Of a stretch of 64,000 bases of DNA, positions 15,201-24,948 are shown piece by piece. Position numbers and translations under genes: made by a program. Position 1 is the first letter of the stretch; each line of letters opens with the position of its first letter. The stretch lies in the NCBI RefSeq assembly GCF_964355755.1, contig NC_092679.1:12135432-12199431 (forward strand). The letters are read 5' to 3'. This DNA comes from Antedon mediterranea. Lineage: Eukaryota; Animalia; Echinodermata. The notes under the pieces are model-generated. The model had not been told where the DNA came from. It was given only the letters and a program-made list of their open reading frames with translations, and searched no databases.

Positions 15201-18200
15201 GGTAAAAAAATTAAATCCAATAGATGTCAGATCAAATGACCACAAGTTTAGATGCAAATTACATTTTTTTTTCTCCTCCCTTAGACCAAACCCAACAAAA
15301 AATGTTTCCGACTTTTAACACAATCTGAGATTAAAGGAGTGTATGAAATTTACTTCAGACATTTGTATAGAGATATTCTTGTAACATTTCCCATAAACTC
15401 ATCTCATGTCCAACAAACTCAAAGCAACAAAGTCAATTCATCCTGTTAATAAATTATTGTTATTTTTACTTACCATTCATATTCAAGTCAAATGAAATGT
15501 TTAATAGTGTGAAAGTTTCAGATCTGTCACCATAAGTTGCCACATAATAAGAAACATCAATATTTTCAGCTTGAGGCGCTGTTCCAGGGCCATTGTTGTT
15601 GTTATATGTATCGGGACATACACCTAGGAATTATATAAAAACATTCAATTAAAATAAACATTAGATACTGTAGGCCTATCATATATTACTTTAGTCATTA
15701 TTTTTGTCACATCCATTTCTGAGTGACAGTCAAAACCTTTGATACAAAATAATAGTTTGTGACAATACAATGAATTAATATAAAATTAAGTTAATTAAAA
15801 ATAAACTGTTAATTCATAATTTAAAAATCCAGACCCCGGTGGTGAGCTGCAACTTCCCGAAGTAAATCTATGGTAAATCTATGGCAAGAAATTAACATGT
15901 TTTGCTTTAAAAAATGCATGGATTACTTTTGTGGAAATGTAAATTTAAAAAATATTCATTTTCAGAAGATTGGAGTGGATAAGAAATGATTTCTATTTTG
16001 TCTAAATTTGAAAAAGCAATAACAATTAATGGTAGCATGATTCATATCTTTAATAATTATGCATACAAACTAGGACTTACTGAGATCTGTGGTATCATCA
16101 CGTTCTTGGGTACAATTTTGCATTTCTCCAGCAACATTCTGGAAAAGTAAAAAAATGAACGAAAAATAATTGGCAGCCTATAATGTTATGCTAACTGTGT
16201 ATCAATTGTCATGAAAATCAATAAGTATAGTCTGTTGGTATAACAAGAAAATTAATAAAACTAATTATTGTGGACAGTATCAGTGAAAAATATGAAAGCA
16301 CTCCAAACTGAGTGAAGTACTTAAATAATATAAACTATATTTAGAGAGACATGGCTCACTACTTGATGTTTTGGATGAAAGATATATCTTATGGAAGATG
16401 CAAGTCAGATATTGATACACTGTAAGCTTTTGTGACATCACCAATATATCAATTTTTCTTAAAATCAATAAAATTGTTCTGTAAAGTAATACATATTAAC
16501 ACCGACACATTCAGGACAATATAACTTGTCTAAATTGTGCAAACAAACAAACAAAGCAAGTATTTTATTTTGATACTTGGCAATTTTCCAATTACTATGA
16601 GAAACTGTATGTGATTCAGGCTATACAAACGTGTATTTGTTGTATTCCTATTCAATTACACTAAAAGTGTTATTATGGTTAACCTTAATAATAATATAAT
16701 TTCCTGATCCAAAAACCAACAAAAAAAACAGAGTACGTCAATCTGGTACATTATTCTAAATTGTAAATATTTTAACACAGTTCTGCCTGATGAGTCATTG
16801 ATTAAATTTTGAATAGGTACTATGAATATAATAGCCTTATTATAGTTTCTAGTTCCTTGTTCCTAGTTCAAATACAATTAATTCAATGAAAGTCACTCAT
16901 TTCTTATAATTATATTTTGAGTCTAATTGAATTATTTGAACACTATTTGTAAGGGTGTACGTGTTTCCATCAGCTCTCAATCCAATCACACACCCAAGCA
17001 GCCCAATCCCTGCAACCCATCATGAAATGACATGGCCAAACAAAATAGATAGTATTTATAATGAGTGAATGTCTTATTATCGACATAAAAAATGTGTTGT
17101 CTAATATTAAGATGTTCTGCAAACAATCTAAATTGAAATTGAAAAAACATCTTTGTTTGTATATGTAGCTTACAACAAACAGTGTAGCGTTGATAAAATG
17201 AATGGTGTTAGTTACCGAGTTTAACTAAAAAAGAGCTTTTGTCTAATTAACTGGGTCGCTCACATGATATGGACAGGGCGAGTTACAGTACTAGTGATTG
17301 CAAATGTAAAATCCTTCAATATACTGACATGACGCACTCAGAAAACTAAACTGTACATATATTGTGTGTGTTTTAAAAAGGCTGTGATGATTTTTTACTT
17401 GAAATTGGTCAGTAGATCAGCTCAATTTTTACTCTCCAAAAACAAATAAGTACAATTTCAAGAGGCCTAGAGGTACAAATTTGGAATAAAAAGTTTGCAG
17501 AATGCTGGCCTAGTACTTAGATAAGAGTAAATTTAATTCATTAACAGAATACAGTAGCACAGTAAATTGATTTAGACAAGTTGAAGTTGTAAATTGTACT
17601 CTTGGCTGCCTTTGGTTCATTTCTAGTGGCTGTATGCCAAGAGCTAAAGATTAAAATTAAAATGCCTGAATTTGAATGCTTCTAATTTCAATTTCCTTTT
17701 TTTAACAGGAAATATCTACAATATGTTCCCAAAATCTCAGATCTTAGGCATAGTAATTGATGATAAACTAAACTTTGAATAGTTGTTATTAAATGCAACC
17801 AGAAGCGTGGTATTATTAACAGATCTTAACCGTCGTCTGTTCTATAAGAATATTAATTAGACCATCAATGGATTATCACAGTCCTGTTGTTTGGAAATAT
17901 ATTCCCGAGAGCAAAATATCATTCCCTCGGGGAAGTCAAATCTTATATTTCACCTCTAAGCAGGCAATATCTGTATAATAAGGTTGAAAACAGTGTGAGA
18001 TGGTTACAGAATCACAGGATTTATGAATACAATCAATGATATATATTTTCCATTGAAAAAAAAATGTTTAATGTTTTTGTGGAATATGCCAATTTAATGT
18101 CACATAAAAGTTATTTACTTTTTTACATGAAAAAAATGTAATTTAAAGCAAAAAATAGTTTTTGGTTAAATTTAACCATTAATTTTGTCTTTTTTTCTTC

Positions 18201-19284
18201 TACAGAAGTGATTAACTTTGTTAAAACTACAAAACCTATTCAAAGTATGATTTTCTTAATCTTCATTTTATGAAGAGAGTTGGAAGCTTTCAACTACATG
18301 TTAGTTCATTGTGCAAATGTGGGAATACTCGGCCGTGTGTCGATACTCGTCGATATAGGATTGATGGTTTGTAGGTCCACCAGGGCAACGACCGACAACA
18401 CATCGATTGACTTGACCTATATTGTCACTACTTGGTCGTCGCATATCGAAGCTCCCTATTATTCAATTCAAAAGTAACAGTGACGATACAAAATACAGAT
18501 TAAGACTAGACATAACTTGAAAATCAAACCTTGTAGAATCTCAAACTTAAGTGTTGTTATTGACCCATGAAATAACTTCTTGTCACTATTAGTTCTTTTC
18601 TTTCAGAACTGTGTGCCAAGAAGATACGGGAATATAATACAACAGGTCAACCAGACCTATACTAATATTCCTATAAATGTTCCCCGCAATGTGTCACAGG
18701 CATTGTGTGAGAATGAATGCCGGATTAATAAAATGACGGAAAAATAAGTAGGCATATATAGCTAGAATAATAATAATAAAACTATTTAATCACGGTATCA
18801 CGTATTTCCACAAGGCCGTAAGACATCATACAAAAATTAAATTAACCATTAACAACAAGAGTTTAACTAAAACTGAAAATCCTAATTTACACTTACAGTA
18901 AATTAGAATGAATTAACATTTTAAAATAGTTAATCAAATCAATTCAAGGCGCTTTAAAAAAAAATAAAAAACAAGCAAAAAGAAGTACCTGCTGCAGAGG
19001 AAACTAAGTCTAAATTTAAACATTTTTCTTACATAATTCCTTTTTTAATTACCCAGGGTTTCGCAATCGACATGTTTTCGATGGAAGTGCACCAATTAAT
19101 AAGTAATAATCAGGCCTACAACAACTAAGCATTATCTGAGTTCCACCTAGCCTAGGCCAGAGTCTAAAGTCTAAACACTTACCGTCCAAGAACAATTGGA
19201 TTGGCATTGTGGATTCCATTGACCGTCTATAGGCCTACTACCCAACAAAGTCAAAATCAACAAGAAACACGGTAGTTGAATCAT
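158..19284 (-). CDS. IL-17 receptor-like protein with EGF module (multi-exon, 3' part outside window)
   Basis: Eleven GT-AG exons with compatible phases and no stops: 19183-19284, 16081-16138, 15474-15623, 13428-13558, 6541-6664, 3922-3972, 3496-3683, 3089-3142, 2614-2700, 1847-1937, 158-283 (1162 nt, ~387 aa). Signal peptide MIQLPCFLLILTLLG, then IL17R-like motifs (YTGAIIEI..C, FFDC..LVPG..YLISIKTLP, WTPSC, WTP..VELVFNLAPYNFDKY, YYVELQP..C..DC), then a 6-Cys EGF domain. Confidence 0.8.
540..1037. mobile_element. Tc1/mariner-pogo-type MITE
   Basis: TIRs CAGTTGAACCTC..GAGATTCAACTG, TA target duplication on both sides; related copy at ~27526-28819. Confidence 0.85.
1145..1712. repeat. 20-bp minisatellite (tctatacacttccatcatac)n
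   Basis: About 28 tandem units; accounts for the spurious ORFs at 1065-1852. Confidence 0.95.
1847..1937 (-). CDS. IL17R-like exon 10
   Basis: taaAG, LQPRPTSNGQKCSTNHAVDCTIKRSDVYVK(E), GTACAC, phase 0 to 1. Confidence 0.75.
2614..2700 (-). CDS. IL17R-like exon 9
   Basis: ttacAG, FEVSSWKDKNETFVQVIWTDIPQAFYYVE, GTAAAA, phase 0 to 0. Confidence 0.8.
3089..3142 (-). CDS. IL17R-like exon 8
   Basis: ttttAG, ENFDMTNYTKCLKDEEFQ, GTAGGA, phase 0 to 0. Confidence 0.75.
3496..3683 (-). CDS. IL17R-like exon 7 (start of second FnIII)
   Basis: atAG, LPGVWTPSEYEVDPSGHKRVELVFNLAPYNFDKYIVYLTEKELVGYVYETISGHLYCLSIYV, GTAAGA, phase 1 to 0. Confidence 0.85.
3922..3972 (-). CDS. IL17R-like exon 6
   Basis: aaAG, CVYRRNDFYCQDTHEE(D), GTAATG, phase 1 to 1. 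Confidence 0.75.
4472..5021. mobile_element. Kolobok-like TTAA MITE
   Basis: TTAA|AGATGTATTGTC..GACAATACATCT|TTAA; related copies or fragments at ~2400-2590, 18060-18270, 34875-34995, 45357-47953, 60440-60740. Confidence 0.75.
5154..5423. mobile_element. tRNA-containing fold-back element with 13-bp target duplication
   Basis: TTATTGTTCTATT at 5141-5153 and 5424-5436; minus-strand tRNA-like segment ~5272-5342 whose 5' part is repeated in inverted orientation. Confidence 0.7.
6541..6664 (-). CDS. IL17R-like exon 5
   Basis: ttatAG, KRIFFDCTAILVPGNMQYLISIKTLPYTVESEPTFKYYWTP(S), GTAAGT, phase 0 to 1. Confidence 0.85.
7130..9043. mobile_element. TTAA-flanked non-autonomous element (Kolobok-like) with a nested insertion
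   Basis: TTAA|AGGCCAGGTGCGGGCA..TGCCTGTACCTTAGCT|TTAA, degenerate TIRs. Confidence 0.55.
7534..8848. mobile_element. hAT-like non-autonomous element
   Basis: Termini CAGTGGCGGATCTAG..CTGGATCCGCCCCTG with GC-rich subterminal ACGCCCCCCCTATTT repeats; no clean TSD. Confidence 0.7.
9115..9306 (+). mobile_element. Helentron/HINE-like 3' fragment
   Basis: (ACAG/ACAA)n microsatellite followed by hairpin TACCTCCTTGGCGGAGGTA. Confidence 0.55.
9773..13310 (+). mobile_element. Academ-like DNA transposon, degenerate
   Basis: Long imperfect TIRs TAGTGTAGGC..GCCTACACTA, 3-bp TSD TAA on both sides, subterminal AAGATGGCCGCC repeats, decayed transposase-like pieces (e.g. LSIWDPKKK, KVKE) at ~11.3-12.8 kb. 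Confidence 0.65.
13428..13558 (-). CDS. IL17R-like exon 4
   Basis: tttcAG, SEIYTGAIIEITELGVTELKCHYLNFNGDVITENDLVTENGII, GTAAGT, phase 1 to 0. Confidence 0.85.
13899..15016. repeat. 38-bp minisatellite (atgaacgttgtgtgatcaaccacaaccacWtgaataat)n
   Basis: About 29 tandem, highly similar units in an IL17R-like intron. Confidence 0.95.
15474..15623 (-). CDS. IL17R-like exon 3
   Basis: cctAG, VCPDTYNNNNGPGTAPQAENIDVSYYVATYGDRSETFTLLNISFDLNMN(G), GTAAGT, phase 1 to 1. Confidence 0.85.
16081..16138 (-). CDS. IL17R-like exon 2
   Basis: ttttccAG, NVAGEMQNCTQERDDTTDL(S), GTAAGT, phase 0 to 1. Confidence 0.8.
19183..19284 (-). CDS. IL17R-like exon 1 (signal peptide)
   Basis: ATG, MIQLPCFLLILTLLGSRPIDGQWNPQCQSNCSWT, donor GTAAGT, phase 0. 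Confidence 0.85.
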
Positions 19285-19419
19285 GTTTCAAGTCTTTAAC
19301 CCTGTGTGTTTCAGTTAATTTTGTTGAAAACGGAATGACCGATCATGATATCATGTTGTGCGTTTTGTGAGTCTTCTTTTTATGACACTGACAACAATGT
19401 AGCTCGTCTGGGAAAGAAA

Positions 19420-19430
19420 GGGGATTTCCC
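19420..19430. promoter_or_regulatory. NF-kB (kappaB) site upstream of the IL17R-like gene
   Basis: GGGGATTTCCC matches GGGRNWYYCC, about 135 bp 5' of the ATG. Confidence 0.55.
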
Positions 19431-21058
19431 TTTTCCAACTTCAATTTGATTATGGAACGCCGTTTACGCAATTTATTTACGACTCAATTTTTGACTTGAT
19501 GTTGTTGTTTGAGTAAACCTTTTCTAGAAACTATACTAGTTCGTTGCGCGGGATCCAATAATTACAAATCTCACATTTACAATAAGTCAATTTACAAAAC
19601 TTTGAATATTTTTATAATTATATAAACATTTTAATAATGTTTTGTAGTGATTTATGTGAACACGATTATCATGGATGGATCTCCTATACTAGTTTTGTGA
19701 TTGGCTAATGTGTTGTTATTTCTAATTATTTCTGTTTTTTTTAATCTATTGTTATACCCCCAAAACAATGGTATCGCCGAAATAATGGCTAATAATCATC
19801 TCTGGTTTTTAACCACTTTCGCTACCATCTGAGAAAATCATCAATTATTAAGCTATTATTTATATAGGTATTAGTATTCAGTATTACTAATGCCTTGTCT
19901 CATTATGAGAAATACTGTAAGAATATGATGTATTGTCATGATACTAATAGATAAAACACATTTTGCTTCATATTATTGTTTGAGCTTAATTTTGCAATGC
20001 AATTAATAGAAAAAATATAACACAGTATGCAACAACATATATACATAACTTTTAAGGGAAGCATCCTCAATAAATATAAGTGTGAAATTTATGAGGACAT
20101 AGCAGCTCATTTTTATTCATCTTTACTAACGAACGAATATTAATTAGATATAATTATTCGTCACTATGACGAATTATTGGTTAAATGAAGATAAATGATT
20201 TTTAAAAGATATATTGATTGATTGATTTTGTCAGAATCTTTTATTATTTATATTATAATGATAGGATCTTGCTAACGCATATACAATAGCCAGTATCACA
20301 ATCCGATCTAAGATCCCTCTGTGTATAATATCATATACCACCTGTTACATAATAATAAGTTACCTTTTATCTAAATTTCATTATAAATCATGTGTATAAT
20401 CGATTCTATACACTAAGAAATAAAAGTGAACAAATAATACGGATAATAAAGAAAAAATCTTATTTCGTTTCCAAAGGTGAGACTCGATCTCTGTACCTTG
20501 AGTGCTGAAAGATACGAGCACAGACCACCGAGCCATACACAAATGACTAAAAGTTGAAGAAAGATTCCTCTCCATGTATTTACTACGGTATGCAGTAACC
20601 ACTTTGGTGCAGTAGATTATTGCATATAACACCGCAATGAATTATAACTTTTTACTATAAGGACATCTTTAAAGATTTGAAAAAAATGACGCACTGTCAA
20701 AGTATATACTTTTAACTTTAATTAATCAATATTTTAAAGAATAAAGTTAATATTAAGTTTGTTATTTCGGCCCAAGAAAATCTCATAGTTCGTTTGATTG
20801 TCGATTTTTTTTTTTAATTGAATATGCACAATGATGACTTAATCAACTTATATGTGCGTAGCCTGTCATTTTTTACATGCTCGTATAACGCAATTTCGAG
20901 TTGAAAAGTGAATCAAATATGATGATATTATTAAAGAAAGGTTGTAAAACAGAAATCGAGCAAAAAGAGTGCATATTAACGTTTAACGCGAAGTGCGCGT
21001 GCAAAAATCTGCCCACTCATGGCAATTTTTTAAAGACTTAAAATTTCCTGAAACGTAC

Positions 21059-22020
21059 TCTAGTTTAAAAAAAAATATTTATATATACAAATTAACATTC
21101 TGTTTTCGCTTTTCATTATTCTTGTAAGAAATCGGTGAGTCGAAATCCTCAAATATTCATAAAATGATGGAATATTGTTTTTCACAAACAAATTCCTTGC
21201 ACTAACAAATCTGGGTTGTCCCAACAACCGCTGGAAACCATCATTATAACAAACTTTAAGTTGGTTGATATCTTTTTTAAAATGATTAGACCATAAAGGA
21301 GAACAGTACATGTTACAATACAATATTATGATCTGAACAAAAAACATTTGATTGATTTGGAGCAGTAAGAAAATTTCCTACATAAAACATTACCTCTAAT
21401 ACATAGAGATCTATATTGGCGTTTTATATCTGCCTCATCTCTTACTTAGATTCAAAGTTAAAATATGGCCTATGTACGTAAAATGATCAACATACTCCAG
21501 CGCCTTATCACCCAATACTGTTTTGAGCCCATAGATTCTACGAAAAGTGGGACAAAACAGCATAGGCCTACAGTTAGACTTTTTATTATTATAAATAATA
21601 TCATGCTCAGATGCAAAACCCACACACGTGTTAACCAGTTTTTGAAGGTCTGAGGCAGAGGGAGCTAACACAACCAAATCATCAGCATAGCATAAATGAT
21701 TAAAACATACATTGTTAAAATAACATCCATATCTACTTTTACCAAGAGACGTACTGAAAGTGTCAACATAATAATGTATAATAGAGGAGACATTACACCC
21801 CCTTGCCTTACACCTTTTGTAACTGGGAAACTATCCGATAAACAGTTACCCCATTTGACTAGAAAACGTTGTTGTTGATACCAGGACACAAGGAACCTAA
21901 TCACAACAAGGTGCACATTTCTCTCTCTCTGAACAATATAGGCCTACAGTGGTTAACTCGATCAAAGGCTTTGCTTGAATCGAGAAAACAGGCATATATC
22001 GGGCTACCATTGCGGTTAAT
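21059..22020 (-). mobile_element. Truncated non-LTR retrotransposon RT fragment (RTE-X/L2-like)
   Basis: GVRQGGVMSPLLY, HLCYADDLVVLAPSASDLQKLV; frameshifted. Confidence 0.85.
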
Positions 22021-22091
22021 TAATATGTGATTCATGTGAAGATATGATTACAAACGTGATTTCGCTGAATCGTGCGTAGACCGCGTAAAAA

Positions 22092-22867
22092 AACAAGGCC
22101 AACAGCCATTAAGTCGCGTGCTACAATGCATAGTGATACCGGACCGACAGACAGACCGACAGACAGACAGACAGACCGACCGACCGACCGACCGACCGAC
22201 ATAGTGAACTATACTGACCGAAATTACTGAACATGTTTAAAAATGTTGAAATGTTTAAAAACATTGATATTTTTTTAATTTACACGTGCGTAGCCTGTCA
22301 CTTTTGACGTGCTCGTATAACGTGATTTCGAGTTGAAAAGTAAGTCAAGAAAACAGAAATCGGGCAATAACATTTAACGCGCAGTGGCGTGCAAAAATAT
22401 GCGCACTCATGGCTATTTTGTAAACGCTTAAAATTGCCTGAAACGTACTCTTATTTCATCGAAAATAAATTTTGAAAATTTTAAGCGCGCGTACGCATGC
22501 GTTACATGCGCTACGCACGTAATTGTATTGCCATATGATGATTTATGCCCTGAAATTTATGAGTACCAAATTTTATTTAATTGTGATTCATGGTTGTGAA
22601 GATATGATTACAAACGTGATTTCGTTAAATCGTGCGTAGACCGCGTAATTTTTTATTGCGCACCGTGAAAACATAACCACATCGATTCCTGGCCATAAGG
22701 AATATACTGTGAAAAATTGACCTAGCTAGATTAAACTGATATCAAGATAAGGTCAGAAAGCGATAAAACGCATAGTGATACCGGACCGACAGACCGACAG
22801 ACCGACAGACTGACCGACTGACCGACCGACATAGTGAACTATAGAGTCGCTTCCACGCGACTAAAAA
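22092..22867 (+). mobile_element. HINE/DINE-1-like element, young family
   Basis: AACAAG start, two (GACA/GACC)n tracts, 3' hairpin GTCGCTTCCACGCGAC + AAAAA; near-identical copy at 27636-28402. Confidence 0.8.
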
Positions 22868-23389
22868 TTGACTTAGCTAGATGAAACTGATATCAATTAG
22901 ATAATTCACGGACAAAATAGTGCTAAGGAAAGAATAAAAAAAAAGATTCTGACAGAATCAATAAAGTTATATACATGATAATGCATATAACCTAATAATA
23001 TATCAACAAAACCATTTAATTTAAAGAAAATTTTAGGTTATCCGGTCTAAACGGAAGAACGCCCTCAGAGAGATGACGCTGTGTGTAGTGCGCGCATTTA
23101 AGAGATAGTTTCCAAGAGCTAGTAGTAACATAGTGGTATTCAATTGGATAGTTAGTGCGCTCACCGCGCTTACAATAGAACAGCGCAACCATTGTTACGT
23201 CATAAAATATTCGAAAATAACTAACGACTATTCCAAATTTCAGTCAGAATGAAAAATTCTTTCAATCGATGAACAGTGATTTCAAATTGCTCTTCATTAA
23301 AACGAAATAAAACCGCTTTTACCGTGCAATTCAGTTTGGAAATACTGCATCTATTTCCTATTACGTTTGCTATACATACATCATCTGCT

Positions 23390-24948
23390 ATGGCAAAGTT
23401 GATATTTAAAAGAAGATATAATGCTTCTTTAGAAGAAGCCCAGAATGCGGTGAGATCAAATGAGTATCCCGCCGCTAAGTACGCTAGGTTCCTCCAGGTG
23501 AGGAATAGAAGGGCTCCTAGGCCTAGAAACAGGGGGTGTCCTTATGTCAGAAGAAACGCTAATGTTAACCCAACTTGTAAGTTACACGAATTAGATAGGC
23601 CTACACTTATAAAAACGGAAAACAAATCAGCTGATATCAAGTATTGTCATTTTAATCATGAATTAAATAGGCCTACTAGGCCTAGTGACGACCAAATTTT
23701 GTCTTCAAATGCAAATGATATGCCTATCATAATAAGTAGTGATAGGAGTAGTGATAGTGACATCATTATTAGTAGCAGCAGTGATAGTGATAGTGATAGT
23801 AGTAGTATGCCTAGTGACGACCAAATACTGTCTCCAAATACAAATGATATGCCTATCATAATAAGTAGTGATTGTAGTAGTGATAGTGAAATCATTGTTA
23901 GTAGCAGCAATGATAGTGATAGTAGTAGTAGGCCTAGTGAAGATCAGATACTGTCTCCAAATACAAATGATATGCCTATCATAATAAGTAGTGATTGTAG
24001 TAGTGATAGTGACATCATTAGTAGTAGCAGCAGTGATGGTGATAGTAGTAGTAGTAGCAGCACTATGCCCAATAGCAGTAGTAGCAGTAGTGGTGACAGT
24101 ACTAGTAGTAGTATTAGTAGCAACAGCAGTGGCAGTAGCAACAGCAGTGGCAGTAGCAGCATAGGAGAAAAGTCTAGTAGTAGTAATAATAGTAGCCCTG
24201 TTGTAGTAGTAGGAAATGTTGATGTTTTGTTTCATTTTCCAGGTAGTGGTGATAACAGTTCTAACGACATTTCAAATGACAATTTTGAACTTGAATCTAA
24301 TAAAGAATATTTTAATTCATTAATTAATCGTGAAAAAATATCTAAAAATCCATGGGCACATTTTGAATCACAATCAGTCAAAGATCATATGGTAGAATTT
24401 TTATGTAATATTCGATCTGAACTCATACGTTATGAATACATAATCGATTATGATAGTTCATCGTAGCCTAACAATTATAGAAAATGTACTAATCTGTGAT
24501 AACACAGCATTTCAACTTGGAGATCTCGAAGAATTGGCAATTGCATCATTTGGCCTTGCATTGAAATGCGCTGAACGATACCAATCTAAACACATCATCT
24601 CTTATGCTTGTGAACGCCTCCGGAATCTTGGATTCTTTAATCCTAAAAAAAATTGCCCAAATAGAATTTAAAATATTACAGATAGTAAACTTTAATATCA
24701 ATAGTTTCACTTGTCTTGATTTTTTTCACATTTATTGCGATATTGCTATCAGTAAAGCTACAACCAACAACAATAAACGTAGAATAGAACGAGTGAGACA
24801 CGAATCTGTCAAATATTTGATTACAAATAAAATATCTCTTACAACAGTAAAGCCGTCAGCAATAGCTTACTTAATAATTAACGGAATTCTTGAAAAACTT
24901 GAATTACAAGACTCATTCTATTTTGAGAATAATGGTGATAGTTCTTAA
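23390..24948 (+). pseudogene. Intronless cyclin-like gene with Ser/Asp-rich SIM repeats; two +1 frameshifts
   Basis: Three consecutive overlapping ORFs join into a cyclin box: KDHMVEFLCNIRSE / VHRSLTIIENVL..LEELAIASFGLALKCAE / KKIAQIEFKILQIVNFNINSFTCLDFFHIY. Shifts near 24450 and at the A8 run 24645-24652. D-box RPTLIKTEN. Confidence 0.7.
23678..24060 (+). repeat. Coding tandem repeat, 3 copies of ~123-129 bp
   Basis: Units start at 23678, 23807 and 23930 and encode PS(D/E)DQILS..NDMPIIISSDxSSDS(D/E)II. Confidence 0.9.

Larger units (their letters stand above)
20156..22996 (+). mobile_element. Helentron-associated (HINE/DINE-1-like) element with nested LINE and HINE
   Basis: 5' palindrome ATTCGTCACTATGACGAAT; 3' end and hairpin shared with the compact copy at 30875-31393. 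Confidence 0.6.

Noticed and set aside
23656-24235. Leu-rich and Thr-rich minus-strand ORFs
   Set aside because: Antisense shadows of the Ser-rich AGT/AGC repeats in the cyclin-like ORF.
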